This document shows positions 8,788 to 17,835 of a stretch of 63,245 nt of DNA, one piece after another. A model generated the notes under the pieces. That model was given only the letters and a program-made list of their open reading frames with translations, searched no databases and was not told the origin of the DNA. The stretch is taken from NCBI GenBank assembly GCA_002424305.1, contig DIQZ01000045.1:391-63635 (forward strand), read 5' to 3'. Both the position numbers and the translations under genes were made by a program. Each line of letters opens with the position of its first letter. The first letter of the stretch is position 1. Source of the DNA: Firmicutes bacterium UBA5449. GTDB lineage: Bacteria > Bacillota > SHA-98 > UBA4971.

Positions 8788-8988
8788 GTGTCAGCGCTGC
8801 CGCTAAAAGAAAACAAAGTACAGCGTTGGATACCTCATGGAGTCGATGAGGATTTGGCAGAAGAGTATGTAGAGGCAATGCAGAAGTATGGCCCGGGATA
8901 CCCTGACAGTGGTTGGTTTAGACGAGCTGCGCAACTCGAGAGGCAAATGCATGACGTTCGCCTGGAGACAAAATTTGATGAGAACTAG
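8788..8988 (+). CDS. Small hypothetical protein (66 aa), first gene of the sigma54 hydrogenase operon
   Basis: GTG at 8788 preceded by a G-rich RBS (AAAGGGGGGGAG); downstream of the -24/-12 promoter; stop 29 nt before hydB. The track start (8587) lies upstream of the promoter and is unlikely. Confidence 0.55.
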   Translation: MSALPLKENKVQRWIPHGVDEDLAEEYVEAMQKYGPGYPDSGWFRRAAQLERQMHDVRLETKFDEN

Positions 8989-9017
8989 AGGTTGTAAGCG
9001 CAAGGGGTGATAGTAAG

Positions 9018-10865
9018 ATGAGTCCATTTATTCGTGCACATATACTGGTATGTTCCGGAGCAGGATGTGTATCTTCAGGATGTTATGAAGTATATGATTC
9101 ACTCATGCATGCACTTGAAGATCAGGGAGTCCTGAACGAAGTTAAGGTAATCAAGACAGGCTGCATAGGTTCGTGCGACTTAGGTCCGACTGTCTTGATC
9201 TATCCGAATGGAACCTTCTATCAGAAGGTTACGCCTGAAGATGCCAGAGAGATTGTTGAGGAGCATATAGTCAAAGGTAGGCCGGTTGAGAGGCTGTACC
9301 CTAAACGAGCTACCGGTGAAATGGTCAAAAACATCTCAAGTTTGGATTTCTTCAAGAAGCAGGTTAAGGTGGTTCTCAGGAACTGTGGAGTCATTGACCC
9401 TGAGAATATACATGAGTATGTTGCTCGTGACGGTTATGAAGCTTTAGCCGTAGCCCTTACTGATATGACGCCCAAAGATGTCATTGATACAATAAAACAG
9501 TCAGGTCTCAGGGGACGTGGCGGGGCCGGTTTTCCTACAGGCCTCAAATGGGAATTTGCGCAAAGAGTCAATGCCGAAGAGAAATACGTAGTATGTAACG
9601 CTGATGAGGGTGACCCAGGCGCTTTTATGGATAGGAGTGTTCTGGAAGGTGATCCCCATAGTATTATCGAGGCAATGACTATAGCAGGATATGCAATCGG
9701 GGCGAGCCAGGGATATGTCTACGCTCGTGCCGAGTATCCACTGGCAGTAAGTAGGTTGACCCATGCCATAAAGGAAGCTCACGAATTTGGAGTATTAGGT
9801 GAGAACCTCTTTGGCTCCGGATTTTCGTTTGACTTGGATATTCGAGTTGGTGCAGGTGCTTTCGTCTGTGGCGAAGAGACTGCTTTGCTGGCATCCATGG
9901 AAGGCAAGCGGGGTATGCCAAGGCCCAGGCCTCCGTTCCCGGCAAATGAAGGACTCTTCAAGAAGCCGACTCTTATCAATAACGTAGAGACGTACGCGAA
10001 TATTGCGCCGATAATTCTTAAGGGACCGGATTGGTTCAGAAGCATAGGGACGGAGAAAAGCCCGGGCACAAAGGTCTTTGCTCTTGCCGGGAAAATAAAC
10101 AATACAGGTCTTGTGGAAGTTCCGATGGGGACAACTCTCAGAGAGATCGTGTATGAAATCGGCGGAGGGATTCCTGACGGTAAGGCGTTTAAGGCAGCGC
10201 AGACCGGCGGTCCTTCAGGTGGTTGTATTCCTGAGTCGCTCTTGGATATCAGCATGGAGTATGACACTCTGACTAAAGCCGGCGCTATGATGGGGTCCGG
10301 CGGACTAATCTGCATGGATGAAGACACTTGCATGGTGGATATAGCCAAATTCTTCTTGCAGTTTACTCAAGACGAATCTTGCGGCAAGTGTGTCCCCTGC
10401 AGAGAGGGCACCAAGGTGATGCTTGACATCTTGACGCGTATTACTGAGGGGAAGGGTCAGCCCGGGGATATAGAGACTCTCGAATCCCTTGCGAAGACGA
10501 TTAAGAATACAGCCCTTTGTGGACTGGGACAGACTGCACCAAATCCTGTCCTCAGCTCCATAAGGTACTTTAGAGATGAATATGAAGCTCATATTGACGA
10601 GAAACGATGTCCCGGAGGAGTTTGCAAAGATCTGATCCGGTATGAGATAGATTCAACCAAGTGTAGGGGCTGCAGTCTTTGCGCAAAAGCCTGTCCTGTG
10701 CAGGCTATTCATCCGGTTGCCAGCGAGGCTGAAGTGGCCAAAGCTGCCGGAGGCGAAAGCGGTCAGAAGCCCAAACGCAAAACGTACGAAATCGATAACA
10801 GCGAATGTCAAAAATGCGGCGAGTGCATGAGTGTTTGCCGCTTTGACGCCGTGTCCAGGAGGTGA
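9018..10865 (+). CDS. hydB: NADH/FMN-binding subunit of electron-bifurcating-type [FeFe]-hydrogenase (NuoF/HydB/HndC family)
   Basis: N-terminal thioredoxin-like [2Fe-2S] domain (CSGAGC...GCIGSC); GLRGRGGAGFPTGLKW, CNADEGDPGAFMDR, GAGAFVCGEETAL, ESCGKCVPCREG; C-terminal 2x[4Fe-4S]. Confidence 0.92.
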   Translation: MSPFIRAHILVCSGAGCVSSGCYEVYDSLMHALEDQGVLNEVKVIKTGCIGSCDLGPTVLIYPNGTFYQKVTPEDAREIVEEHIVKGRPVERLYPKRATGEMVKNISSLDFFKKQVKVVLRNCGVIDPENIHEYVARDGYEALAVALTDMTPKDVIDTIKQSGLRGRGGAGFPTGLKWEFAQRVNAEEKYVVCNADEGDPGAFMDRSVLEGDPHSIIEAMTIAGYAIGASQGYVYARAEYPLAVSRLTHAIKEAHEFGVLGENLFGSGFSFDLDIRVGAGAFVCGEETALLASMEGKRGMPRPRPPFPANEGLFKKPTLINNVETYANIAPIILKGPDWFRSIGTEKSPGTKVFALAGKINNTGLVEVPMGTTLREIVYEIGGGIPDGKAFKAAQTGGPSGGCIPESLLDISMEYDTLTKAGAMMGSGGLICMDEDTCMVDIAKFFLQFTQDESCGKCVPCREGTKVMLDILTRITEGKGQPGDIETLESLAKTIKNTALCGLGQTAPNPVLSSIRYFRDEYEAHIDEKRCPGGVCKDLIRYEIDSTKCRGCSLCAKACPVQAIHPVASEAEVAKAAGGESGQKPKRKTYEIDNSECQKCGECMSVCRFDAVSRR

Positions 10866-10867
10866 GT

Positions 10868-12634
10868 ATGATGGGAAATGAAAAAAAGAAGATTAATTTA
10901 ACAATTGACGGAATCCAGGTTGAAGCACATGAAGGAGAAATGGTGCTCGAGGCGGCGCGGCGTGCAGGGATCGATATTCCTACTCTTTGCTACCATCCGG
11001 CTGTAGGCCCGATAGGCTCTTGTAGGGTGTGTGTAGTGGAAATCGAGAATGGTAGAGGCCTCCCTGCTTCATGCGTGACCCCTGTTCGGGAAGGCATGGT
11101 TGTGCGTACTAATACTGAGGCGGTGCGTGAGGCCCGTCGTACTGTGGTTGAGCTTATATTAGCTTCTCATCCCCAGGATTGTCTCCAGTGTGAAAGAAAC
11201 GGCAAGTGTGAACTCCAGGAACTTGCCATGCGTCTTGGGATTCGGGAGAGTAGATTTCATAGAGAGAAAGAGCATAGAGAGTCTGATACGTCCAGCGTTG
11301 CACTGGTGCGTGATCCGGAGAAGTGTATACTGTGCGGCCGCTGCGTGAAAATGTGCAGTGAGACGCAGACTGTAGGTGCTCTGGGTTTTGCATATCGTGG
11401 CACTGATGCTCTTGTAACACCCATGTTTGAGCGGGGACTGGCTGAGTCAAAATGCGTATCATGCGGACAATGCGCGAAAATCTGTCCTGTTGGAGCTATT
11501 CATGAGAAAGAAGAGTGGCAGAAAGTCGCGGACATGATAAGCGATCCTGATCTACATGTGGTGGTGCAGGTAGCACCGGCAGTTCGAGCTGCTATAGGTG
11601 AGGAATTCGGAATCCCGGCAGGCACGCCTGTAACAGGTAAGCTTGCAACGGCTCTAAAGAGACTCGGGTTTGATGCTGTATTTGATACGCAATTCACTGC
11701 TGACCTTACGATAATGGAAGAAGGAACTGAGCTTCTTGAAAGGATGAAGACAAAAGGGCCGTTGCCTCTAGTAACATCGTGTAGCCCTGGATGGATAAGG
11801 TATGCAGAAACCTTCCACCCGGAGTTTATTCCCAACATATCGTCGTGTAAATCGCCTCAGCAGATGATGGGCGCGGTTATAAAGACGTATTACGCTGACA
11901 AGGCAGGCATTGACCCTGACAAGATCGCATCTATTTCGGTGATGCCGTGCACTGCTAAGAAGTTCGAATGTGCCAGACCTGAAATGAACGGATCCGGACG
12001 AAGGGATGTAGATGTCGTCCTAACCACGAGGGAACTGGCGCGTATGATTAGACAGGCAGGTATCAGGTTCGAGGAGCTCCCTGACGGTGAGTTTGATGCG
12101 CCACTTGGAATATCAACAGGAGCGGCGACGATATTCGGTGTTACAGGCGGTGTCATGGAAGCTGCTCTTCGTACCGTATACGAGATTGTCATGAAGAAGC
12201 CACTTGGCAAGGTTGAGTTCTTACAAGTCAGGGGTATGGATGGTATAAAGGAAGCTACCATTGACTTAGGTGGAACGAAGGTTCGAGTGGCTGTAGCTCA
12301 TGGCTTGAGTAATGCAAGCAAGCTCCTGAAACACATTAAGGAGACCGGAGAAACCTATCACTTCATAGAAGTAATGGCATGTCCCGGTGGCTGCATAATG
12401 GGTGGAGGCCAGCCAAGATCCGTTGATTCCGATATTGCTGTTAAGAGGGCTGCTGCACTCTACACAGAGGATAGGAGCATGGAGATGCGCAAGTCCCATG
12501 AGAATCCTGCGGTCGCGCGTCTTTATGAGGAATTCCTGCAGAAGCCGGGTAGTGACATAGCCCATAAATTGCTGCACACTACGTACGAGAGTGTGGATGA
12601 AGCTGCTGCGGCTAGTAGGAAGGAGGCTATGTAA
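10868..12634 (+). CDS. hydA: Catalytic subunit of group A3 [FeFe]-hydrogenase (HydA/HndD)
   Basis: [2Fe-2S] (IPTLC...CRVC...C), His-ligated cluster HPQDCLQC, 2x[4Fe-4S], canonical H-cluster motifs TSCSPGW, MPCTAKKFE, EVMACPGGCIMGGGQP. Start ATG 10868 (or 10871) after AGGAGG. Confidence 0.95.
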   Translation: MMGNEKKKINLTIDGIQVEAHEGEMVLEAARRAGIDIPTLCYHPAVGPIGSCRVCVVEIENGRGLPASCVTPVREGMVVRTNTEAVREARRTVVELILASHPQDCLQCERNGKCELQELAMRLGIRESRFHREKEHRESDTSSVALVRDPEKCILCGRCVKMCSETQTVGALGFAYRGTDALVTPMFERGLAESKCVSCGQCAKICPVGAIHEKEEWQKVADMISDPDLHVVVQVAPAVRAAIGEEFGIPAGTPVTGKLATALKRLGFDAVFDTQFTADLTIMEEGTELLERMKTKGPLPLVTSCSPGWIRYAETFHPEFIPNISSCKSPQQMMGAVIKTYYADKAGIDPDKIASISVMPCTAKKFECARPEMNGSGRRDVDVVLTTRELARMIRQAGIRFEELPDGEFDAPLGISTGAATIFGVTGGVMEAALRTVYEIVMKKPLGKVEFLQVRGMDGIKEATIDLGGTKVRVAVAHGLSNASKLLKHIKETGETYHFIEVMACPGGCIMGGGQPRSVDSDIAVKRAAALYTEDRSMEMRKSHENPAVARLYEEFLQKPGSDIAHKLLHTTYESVDEAAAASRKEAM

Positions 12635-13198
12635 ATGGCGTCAAGTGTTGAAGCAAAACGTAGTAAGCTTGAATCTAAAGGCGGAGAGTGTAAGTGTCAT
12701 GGGAAGCTCCCTGACGATAGGTTTGCCAAGCTCCATGACATAATTGAAGAGCATAAAGATGAACGGGGCTCTCTTATCCCTGTCCTCCATGAAGCCCAGC
12801 AGTTGTTCGGATGCCTTCCTGAAGACGTTCAAAAGCAGGTAGCAAAGGGTCTGGATGTGCCTGAGAGTGAGGTTTACGGAGTAGCTACATTCTACTCGCT
12901 GTTTTCTCTCAAGCCAAAGGGCAGGTGGATAGTGAACGTCTGCCTTGGCACAGCCTGTTATGTGAAGGGGGCAGCCGATTGTCTCGAGGCATTGAAAAAA
13001 GAACTCGGTGTCGACCTCGGTGGGACAAGCAAAGATGGGCTATTTACTTTACAGGGAGTGCGCTGTGTAGGAGCGTGCGCCCTTGCTCCTGTGGTAGTAA
13101 TCGATGATACTGTCTACGCTAAAGTCAAGCCTGAGGATATTAAGAGAATCCTCGCTGAACATGTAGAAGCGAACGCTAAGGAAGCCCATGCTTCGTAG
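12635..13198 (+). CDS. hydC: [2Fe-2S] thioredoxin-like subunit (NuoE/HydC/HndA family)
   Basis: LIPVLHEAQ..FGCLP, VYGVATFYS, VCLGTACYVKG, RCVGACALAPV; starts immediately after the hydA stop. Confidence 0.93.
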   Translation: MASSVEAKRSKLESKGGECKCHGKLPDDRFAKLHDIIEEHKDERGSLIPVLHEAQQLFGCLPEDVQKQVAKGLDVPESEVYGVATFYSLFSLKPKGRWIVNVCLGTACYVKGAADCLEALKKELGVDLGGTSKDGLFTLQGVRCVGACALAPVVVIDDTVYAKVKPEDIKRILAEHVEANAKEAHAS

Positions 13199-13270
13199 CT
13201 TATTGTAGATTCACTCAAGCGACACAATAATCTCCAATTCCACAACTTAGCAAATCCCATATCCAAAGGA

Positions 13271-13303
13271 AAGAGCTCCGGCTGTATGGCCGGGGCTCTT
13301 TCT
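13271..13303 (+). terminator. Intrinsic terminator closing the hydrogenase operon
   Basis: AAGAGCTCCGGC-TGTATG-GCCGGGGCTCTT followed by TCT; A-run on the 5' side. Confidence 0.75.
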
Positions 13304-13421
13304 CTACGTTTTCGAGGCAACCATGCCCGACGTCCGCGCAAAAATGATAATTGATGCTCGCGGTACAAGGAAAAGTCTATAGCAAAAAGAAACAAAAAAA
13401 GGATTCTGAGTACATATGACG

Positions 13422-13445
13422 AATAATACAACCGGTTGCATTATT
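13422..13445 (+). promoter_or_regulatory. LacI-family operator
   Basis: Near-perfect 24-bp palindrome AATAATACAACCGGTTGCATTATT with a central CG, about 80 bp upstream of a LacI gene. Confidence 0.72.
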
Positions 13446-13525
13446 GACTTCAAAAACTACACAAATGGCTGCTACAAGCAACGTAACATAGAAAACAATC
13501 GTTTGATATGCTAGGAGAGGTTGCA

Positions 13526-14572
13526 ATGAGACCCACGCTTCAAGACATGGCAAGTATCTTGAATTTGTCTAAGTCTACAGTATCTCGGGCCCTGGCGGGA
13601 GACCCACGCGTCGCAGAAGTTACTCGCCATAGGATCTTGACCTTAGCTCAACAGATAGGCTATCGGCCTAACCCTGTCGCGCGAGGCCTTGCTACCAGGC
13701 GGACGAATACTATCGGTCTTGCTGTGCCGTGCGGGCCCAGGTCGTTTTCCGACCCATTTTATCTGGAGTTCTTAGGGGCAGTAGGTGATACTGCCATGAA
13801 GTACGGCTACAGTCTATTGCTCTCTACTGCTGACAGTGATGGAGCAGGTGGGTATCGTTCACACATGGAACTTGCAGATTCTGCACGTATTGACGGAATG
13901 ATTCTCACTGAACCCAAAGTCGCAGACGAGCGCGTAAGGATGTTGAAGGAGATGGATCTGCCGTTCGTATTTCTGGGGGTAGCACAAGATCCGAATGTGT
14001 CGTGGGTGAGCGGAGATAACCGGGGTGGTGCAGCTAAAGCTGTTACACGCCTTATTGAGCTTGGGCACATGAGGATAGCCTGTGTTACAGGTCCTCGTGA
14101 CCAGACTGCCTCAGGGGCAAGGTTCGAAGGTTATTGCAGAGCATTAGCAGAGGCGGGTATGTCTCTTGACCGCAATATCGTAGCCGCCGGTGATTTTACG
14201 CAAGCCGGAGGATACATAGCTATGAGATCAATTCTCGAACATGAGAAAGACATCTCCGCAGTATTCGCGTGTAACGATGTCATGGCATTTGGTGTGATGC
14301 GAGCCCTACGGGAAGCGGGCCTTTTGATACCAAATGACGTTTCAGTCCTGGGTTTTGATGGGATACCTCTTGCCAGGTACATGGATCCACCTCTTGCTAC
14401 TGTAAGGCAACCCATTCTGGAACTGGGGACAACTGTTATAGAGGTTTTGGTTGAGCAGATGAATGGAAAAAGCGGATGCCCCATTCACAGGGTGTTGCCA
14501 GTGGAGTTTCAACCTGCCTGCTCAATTGCACCGCCTGAAAGGGCTTCAGGTAGTGTCAGCGGTGCAGTTTGA
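13526..14572 (+). CDS. LacI-family transcriptional regulator
   Basis: HTH PTLQDMASILNLSKSTVSRAL, hinge YRPNPVARGLA, sugar-binding domain (FACNDVMAFG, DVSVLGFDG, LATVRQP). Start ATG 13526 after GGAGAGG. Confidence 0.95.
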   Translation: MRPTLQDMASILNLSKSTVSRALAGDPRVAEVTRHRILTLAQQIGYRPNPVARGLATRRTNTIGLAVPCGPRSFSDPFYLEFLGAVGDTAMKYGYSLLLSTADSDGAGGYRSHMELADSARIDGMILTEPKVADERVRMLKEMDLPFVFLGVAQDPNVSWVSGDNRGGAAKAVTRLIELGHMRIACVTGPRDQTASGARFEGYCRALAEAGMSLDRNIVAAGDFTQAGGYIAMRSILEHEKDISAVFACNDVMAFGVMRALREAGLLIPNDVSVLGFDGIPLARYMDPPLATVRQPILELGTTVIEVLVEQMNGKSGCPIHRVLPVEFQPACSIAPPERASGSVSGAV

Positions 14573-14791
14573 TCTTGTGCGGTTTGTGTGCGTGGTGTCT
14601 TGGTATGTTGATGTAAGCTTATGCAGAAACAAGATGTGCTGTGAAAAACCAATGGTCAAATAGTCAATCTGTACTTTGATAGGGAGGTGATTGCCGGGAG
14701 CTGTTGCCACAAGATACGGTTTTGGGTTCGCCAAGACCTTGTCAGCGAGCCAAAGAGAACTTAAGGAAACTGCTAAAATGGAGGGATTTTC

Positions 14792-15979
14792 ATGAGGCGA
14801 AAAATACTTGTTGTGCTCCTTGTTGCCTTGGTTGCCATCTGCAGTCTGCCTGGAGTAGCCGCTGAGAAGAAACTTACTGTGATTAGTGGATGGTCAGGGC
14901 CGGAGATGGATGCGTTTATGCCGGTTCTTTCGGCATTTGAAAAGGAAACCGGTATTAAGGTGGATTATCAGATTTACAGGGCTGAAGATTTGGCTGTACT
15001 GCTTCCAGCTCAATTTGATGCGAAAACAGCACCCGGCGACGTTATCTTCATGTGGGCATGGTTTGTCGATAAGCATGCCGAGGACGGGCATGTGCTTGAC
15101 ATGACCGGATATTTAAACGAAGCAGACTTTATCCCCGGCGCACTCGATCCTGTTAAGAGCGGAGATAAATTGTATGGTGGAGTATTTACCGGAAAAGTAA
15201 AACCGGGGTTCTGGTATCGAAAATCGTTCTTCAAGAAGCATGGATTATCAGAACCGAAGACTTTTCTCGAATTCATGGAGTTGTGTGGCAAAATACAGAA
15301 GATTTCCGGTATCAAAGCTGCTATTGCCAGCGGAAACGGGGTCGGTTGGCCACTTTCTGATATCGCTGAGCACTTCATTGCCAGCTATGCCGGGCCTGAT
15401 GTGACGCACGCGCTAATCGACAAGAAGATATCATGGCAAGATCCGGTGGTTGCTTCCGTGTTCAAGGACAGGCTTGTCCCACTTCTTGAGGCAGGTTACT
15501 TCAGTGAGCCTGTAGAGTGGACCATGGCTCAAGATCTATGGTGGGGCGGAGACTATGGCCTGTTCTTCATGGGTAGCTGGATTACAGGTATGGTTGATGA
15601 CCCTGATGATTTAGGCGTATTCTCACTACCTGAGTGCAAAGGTATAGTATTTGCTCCTGACTATGCTTTTGTCCCCGCTTACACAAAATATCCTGAAGAA
15701 GCCAGGCAACTTCTGGCATTTCTATCCACAAAAGGGCAAGAGGTTCAAGTAACTACAGGTGGGCATATCGCTACATACACAAAGGTTCCGCTAAGCGCAT
15801 ATCCCGGTGTTGATCGTGGGGTAGCCGCGCTTCTTGACGGTGTTGTCGCGTTACCCGACCTGGATGACACCATAGGTGGCGAGTGGCAGCCTGCTTTTTG
15901 GGATCAGCTCAAATTGCTTTGGGTAAGCCCGGATAGAGTAGACGAAGTTCTGGAGACGCTTCAGCGTAAGGCTAAATAG
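14792..15979 (+). CDS. Sugar ABC transporter substrate-binding protein (CUT1; alpha-glucoside/trehalose-like)
   Basis: Signal peptide MRRKILVVLLVALVAICSLPGVAA; WSGPEMDAF, FEKETGIKV, GFWYRKSFF, FFMGSWI; adjacent permeases. Confidence 0.9.
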   Translation: MRRKILVVLLVALVAICSLPGVAAEKKLTVISGWSGPEMDAFMPVLSAFEKETGIKVDYQIYRAEDLAVLLPAQFDAKTAPGDVIFMWAWFVDKHAEDGHVLDMTGYLNEADFIPGALDPVKSGDKLYGGVFTGKVKPGFWYRKSFFKKHGLSEPKTFLEFMELCGKIQKISGIKAAIASGNGVGWPLSDIAEHFIASYAGPDVTHALIDKKISWQDPVVASVFKDRLVPLLEAGYFSEPVEWTMAQDLWWGGDYGLFFMGSWITGMVDDPDDLGVFSLPECKGIVFAPDYAFVPAYTKYPEEARQLLAFLSTKGQEVQVTTGGHIATYTKVPLSAYPGVDRGVAALLDGVVALPDLDDTIGGEWQPAFWDQLKLLWVSPDRVDEVLETLQRKAK

Positions 15980-16086
15980 AGACAGGTATATACGCTCCGG
16001 GGCGATGTGGTGGCGTGAGACATCGTCCCGGAGCACCTTCATTGCCTTTATTGCCGGCCTTTGGAACCTGTCCGGGAGGTGATAGC

Positions 16087-16959
16087 ATGGGGCAGACGCG
16101 AGGCAGGATCTTTTTTTTCTTGCCTGCACTGGTTTTACTTGCAGTCTTCGTTGTTTACCCGGTGGCGAATACGGTGTGGTTAAGTTTTCAAACCCCTGAT
16201 GGCGAGTTCGCGTTCTTCAGAAACTATGCTGACGTACTCTCTGAACCTGAGATAGTAGACTTACGGGGATTTAAGAGGGGATTTCCTTACGGTGCCCTGA
16301 TTCATAACATCATATGGATTGTCATTCACTTGCCTCTGACTGTCATGTTAGGTTTGATTCTCGCCGTGATACTCAGGGATGTCAAGGGAGGCGTGTTAAT
16401 CAAATCCATTGTTTTTCTCGGGATGGTTACTCCTATGGTTGTCGGCGGGATCATCTTGAGATTCCTGTTTGACGGGAGCGTAGGAATACTCCCTTCATTC
16501 CTTGCCCTGTTCGGTGTCAAGCAGCGTACTCTTACGGCACACCCTGATACCGCTTTGTTTGCGCTGATAGCGGGGTCGCTTTGGCTGTGGACCCCGTTTA
16601 GCATGGTCTTATACTCAGCGGGCTTGGAAACTATTCCTGACTATGTCTATGAAGCTGCTGTAATTGACGGAGCCTCTCCCTTGCGAATTTTCTTCCTTAT
16701 TACTGTGCCCCTGTTAAGACCGGTTACCGGCGTTGTTGTAACTATGACTTTCCTATGGGTCCTGAAGATTTTCGATATTGTTTTTGTGGCAACAATGGGT
16801 GGGCCGGGTGGCGCGTCCAACGTGTTAGCCTTGCAGATGTACATGTACGCGTTCCGTGAATTCAACCCAAATGCAGCAGCGGTTGTGGCGACATTCCTCA
16901 TGATAGTTGCGTTAGTCGTGTCAATTCCTACATTCAGGGCTCTAAGGGGGGATAACTAA
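16087..16959 (+). CDS. Sugar ABC transporter permease (MalF type)
   Basis: Multi-TM protein with EAA loop YEAAVIDGASPLRIFFLITVPLL. Start ATG 16087 after GGGAGGTG (track start 16015 is upstream). Confidence 0.92.
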   Translation: MGQTRGRIFFFLPALVLLAVFVVYPVANTVWLSFQTPDGEFAFFRNYADVLSEPEIVDLRGFKRGFPYGALIHNIIWIVIHLPLTVMLGLILAVILRDVKGGVLIKSIVFLGMVTPMVVGGIILRFLFDGSVGILPSFLALFGVKQRTLTAHPDTALFALIAGSLWLWTPFSMVLYSAGLETIPDYVYEAAVIDGASPLRIFFLITVPLLRPVTGVVVTMTFLWVLKIFDIVFVATMGGPGGASNVLALQMYMYAFREFNPNAAAVVATFLMIVALVVSIPTFRALRGDN

Positions 16960-17801
16960 TGAGAATGGCAGGACGAAGCGTTTCCGCAACTTTCGTTCTT
17001 CATGCAGTTGCCTGGCTTATAGCACTCATTTGGTTGGTTCCTTTTCTAGGTGTATTTATGGCTTCTATTAGTCCACTGTCTGAGGTCAGTCGTGGTTGGT
17101 GGAAATTCGACTCTTTCACTCCTACTTTCAAGAACTACATAGGCGCATGGAATCACCCGGCTGCACCCATATCCCGGGGGATGCTGAACTCTTTGAAAAT
17201 TGCGATTCCGGCTACAATATTTCCCGTCCTTATGGCGTCCATCGCAGCATATGGATTTGCCAGGTTTTCATTCCGTGGTAGCAATTTTCTGTTCATTGTT
17301 GTCGTAGCCTTGATGACTTTGCCACAACAGATGATAGCTGTACCTCTTTTTCGTATCATGAATCAACTGGGTGCAGTTGACTCTTATGCCGGGTTAACTG
17401 TAGTTCACTCCGCCTGGGGTATCCCGTGGATCCTCTACTTCATGAGGAATTACTTCAGTGCCCTACCTATTGAAGTAGAGGAAGCTGCAAAAGTTGACGG
17501 GGCGTCCGACTGGAGAATTTTCCTCCAAATAGTTATGCCAATGGCTCTTCCGGCTGTCGCGTCCTCATCGGTGCTTCAATTCATGTGGGTTTGGAGCGAT
17601 TTCTTTCTTGCATTGATCTTGATATACTCGCCTACAAAGCTCCTTGCCACCCAGCGTGTGCCTTTGCTCCGTGGAGTGTACCATGTGGATTGGGGTATTC
17701 TCGCTGCAGGAAGTATCATTGTAATGGCTGTACCTATTATTGTGTTTGCTCTAATGCAGAGGTACTACATTCGGGGTATGGTCGGATGGGTGTCAAAGTA
17801 A
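16959..17801 (+). CDS. Sugar ABC transporter permease (MalG type)
   Basis: AAYGFARFSFRG, EAA loop VEEAAKVDGASDWRIF, FMWVWSDF; TAATG overlap with the upstream permease. Confidence 0.92.
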   Translation: MRMAGRSVSATFVLHAVAWLIALIWLVPFLGVFMASISPLSEVSRGWWKFDSFTPTFKNYIGAWNHPAAPISRGMLNSLKIAIPATIFPVLMASIAAYGFARFSFRGSNFLFIVVVALMTLPQQMIAVPLFRIMNQLGAVDSYAGLTVVHSAWGIPWILYFMRNYFSALPIEVEEAAKVDGASDWRIFLQIVMPMALPAVASSSVLQFMWVWSDFFLALILIYSPTKLLATQRVPLLRGVYHVDWGILAAGSIIVMAVPIIVFALMQRYYIRGMVGWVSK

Positions 17802-17835
17802 TGATAACAAGAGTTTCTTAGGGGAGGGACTGCGC

